Origin: a virus
Length of the DNA: 5,933 bases
IMG/VR virus record: IMGVR_UViG_3300045988_019087
Span: 1-5,933 of that record
Reading direction: 5' to 3' (one strand)
Both the position numbers and the translations under genes were made by a program. The number at the start of each line of letters is the position of its first letter. Position 1 is the stretch's first letter. Of the stretch, positions 4,781 to 5,933 are shown piece after piece. A model generated the notes under the pieces. The model was given only the letters and a program-made list of their open reading frames with translations, was not told the origin of the DNA and ran no database searches.

Positions 4781-4813
4781 TAGCCAAGTTCTTACTTGAT
4801 AGGTACTTGGCTA
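4781..4813. repeat. Hairpin 4: 9-bp stem TAGCCAAGT ... ACTTGGCTA with a 15-nt loop
   Basis: Stem 4781-4789/4805-4813. Lies 11 nt from the VP4 stop codon. Confidence 0.5.
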
Positions 4814-4823
4814 GGTGACACCG

Positions 4824-5843
4824 TTAGAGTGTCCCTCTCTTCTTCATTTGCTTTTTGATGACTCTTTCTTTTGTTTCACATTGCTCTGCAAAGTCTGCGT
4901 TTTCATACTTTAGCCGATTTTCTGCTATGGCTGCCGCCTGTCTGTTTTGCTTAATTCTCCACAACCTTTGTGGGTTTTCAGCTTCCATCATTTTTTCATA
5001 ATAACGTGGAATTTGTGCGTGTTTTCCGTTTGTGCATTGGATGTATCCTTGTCTCCATATTTCTGTTTTGTGTTCTTGGTAATAGTGGTCTCCAAGTCCC
5101 GGTTTTAGGCTCATACATGCAAAAGGCTTTGTTTGCCCTAATTCATAGTATACGTTTGCTTTCTGGCCGTCAATTTCGTACATCTTTTTTGTGACGTACC
5201 CTGCAACATATCTATATGTCTCTGGTACTGCTTGTGCTATCTGTATTTGACCCATGCCCCAGATGTCTGTTAGCCATTTACTTGTGAAATATCCGTTGTG
5301 TTGTATCTTGTATAGGTGCTCTAGGTCTGTTGGCTTCCATCCGTATAGTATCATATGATAATGTGGTCTAGCTGTTTGCTCTCCGTATTCTCCTGCTACA
5401 AAATAGCGTAATTTGCCCCTGTAAGCCTTTCTAAGACGTTTTAGGAATTTTTGAACGTCAGTATACAGTAATGTTTGTACGCTTTTAGGCGCTTTCTCTC
5501 CTGGCTTCCAGACGTATTGTACTTTTCTCATGATTTCGCCTGTGTTTATAATCATCCCAGGCACGTGTTCATCATCATACGTTAGAGTGATAAACCACAC
5601 TTCTTCTTTCGGATAGTCTCGTGCTTCTAATTCTATACGTGTTGTCCAGTCCTCTCTCTGTCTTATTCTGCATCCGATGCATTGCCCGCATGGTATTAGC
5701 ATTACATCTTTTCTATACATCAAATCTTCATATTTTAGCTGTTTTCCGCAGACTTGAGAAAAGCGGGCAAGTGAATACACCCGCCCGCTTATTTCTTTGT
5801 TGTCAGGGTTGTACAGCCTTATCAATGGCTTGTAACATCCCAT
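4824..5843 (-). CDS. VP4: Replication initiation protein VP4 (rolling-circle Rep, HUH endonuclease)
   Basis: 339-aa ORF. HUH motif inside ARPHYHMILYG. Catalytic tyrosine motif YVAGYVTKK (YxxxY..K) as in phiX174 gpA and gokushovirus VP4. Cys-rich N-terminal region (CGQCIGC). ATG at 5841-5843 (equivalent to window positions 7-9) preceded by GGAGGAGG, which is itself formed by VP2 Gly codons. TAA stop at 4824-4826. Confidence 0.9.
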   Translation of the reverse strand: MGCYKPLIRLYNPDNKEISGRVYSLARFSQVCGKQLKYEDLMYRKDVMLIPCGQCIGCRIRQREDWTTRIELEARDYPKEEVWFITLTYDDEHVPGMIINTGEIMRKVQYVWKPGEKAPKSVQTLLYTDVQKFLKRLRKAYRGKLRYFVAGEYGEQTARPHYHMILYGWKPTDLEHLYKIQHNGYFTSKWLTDIWGMGQIQIAQAVPETYRYVAGYVTKKMYEIDGQKANVYYELGQTKPFACMSLKPGLGDHYYQEHKTEIWRQGYIQCTNGKHAQIPRYYEKMMEAENPQRLWRIKQNRQAAAIAENRLKYENADFAEQCETKERVIKKQMKKRGTL

Positions 5844-5933
5844 TAGTATCCACTACCTCCTCCGCCGTGTTCTTTTCCTTTTTTGCTTTTGTGCGTCTTT
5901 GGTGCATCTGGTACGGTTTTTTCCGTCTTTTGC
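5835..5933. repeat. Terminal redundancy: exact 99-bp copy of window positions 1-99 (circular genome wrap)
   Basis: Bases 5835-5933 are identical to 1-99 on direct comparison. The duplicated part contains the VP4 start and the 3' end of VP2. Genome unit is about 5834 bp. Confidence 0.9.

Overview
The window is a complete circular ssDNA phage genome of the Microviridae (gokushovirus-like), wrapped with a 99-bp terminal redundancy: bases 1-99 are identical to 5835-5933, so the unit length is about 5834 bp. All convincing genes lie on the minus strand, and the plus strand is T-rich. In transcription order, reading down-coordinate from the big non-coding region, the genes are: a peptidase M15-type cell-wall hydrolase (4084->3683), three small unknown ORFs (40, 75 and 79 aa), a 40-aa very basic J/ORF8-like DNA-binding protein that the >=60-aa ORF track missed, a 148-aa (probably 130-aa) VP3-like ORF, VP1 major capsid protein (563 aa), VP2 DNA pilot/minor capsid protein (279 aa), and VP4 rolling-circle replication initiator (339 aa, HUH and YxxxY motifs). 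VP4 starts in a TAATG overlap with the VP2 stop across the circular junction. The most unusual part is a ~740-bp non-coding region (4085-4823, about 13% of the genome), far larger than usual for a microvirus intergenic region. It contains a near-consensus sigma70 promoter on the minus strand; an array of about ten same-orientation 9-mer iterons (YTTTCMACA), two of which match the DnaA-box consensus exactly, ending in an AT-rich tract; a ~44-nt alternating purine-pyrimidine (CG/CA/TG) tract with Z-DNA potential built from two tandem ~21-nt repeats; and four tightly spaced GC-rich perfect hairpins with G5-6/C5-6 arms. I read this as a composite replication-origin and ssDNA-to-dsDNA conversion locus. 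A rho-independent terminator hairpin also sits between VP1 and VP2, and splits the VP2 Shine-Dalgarno from its start codon by about 30 nt.
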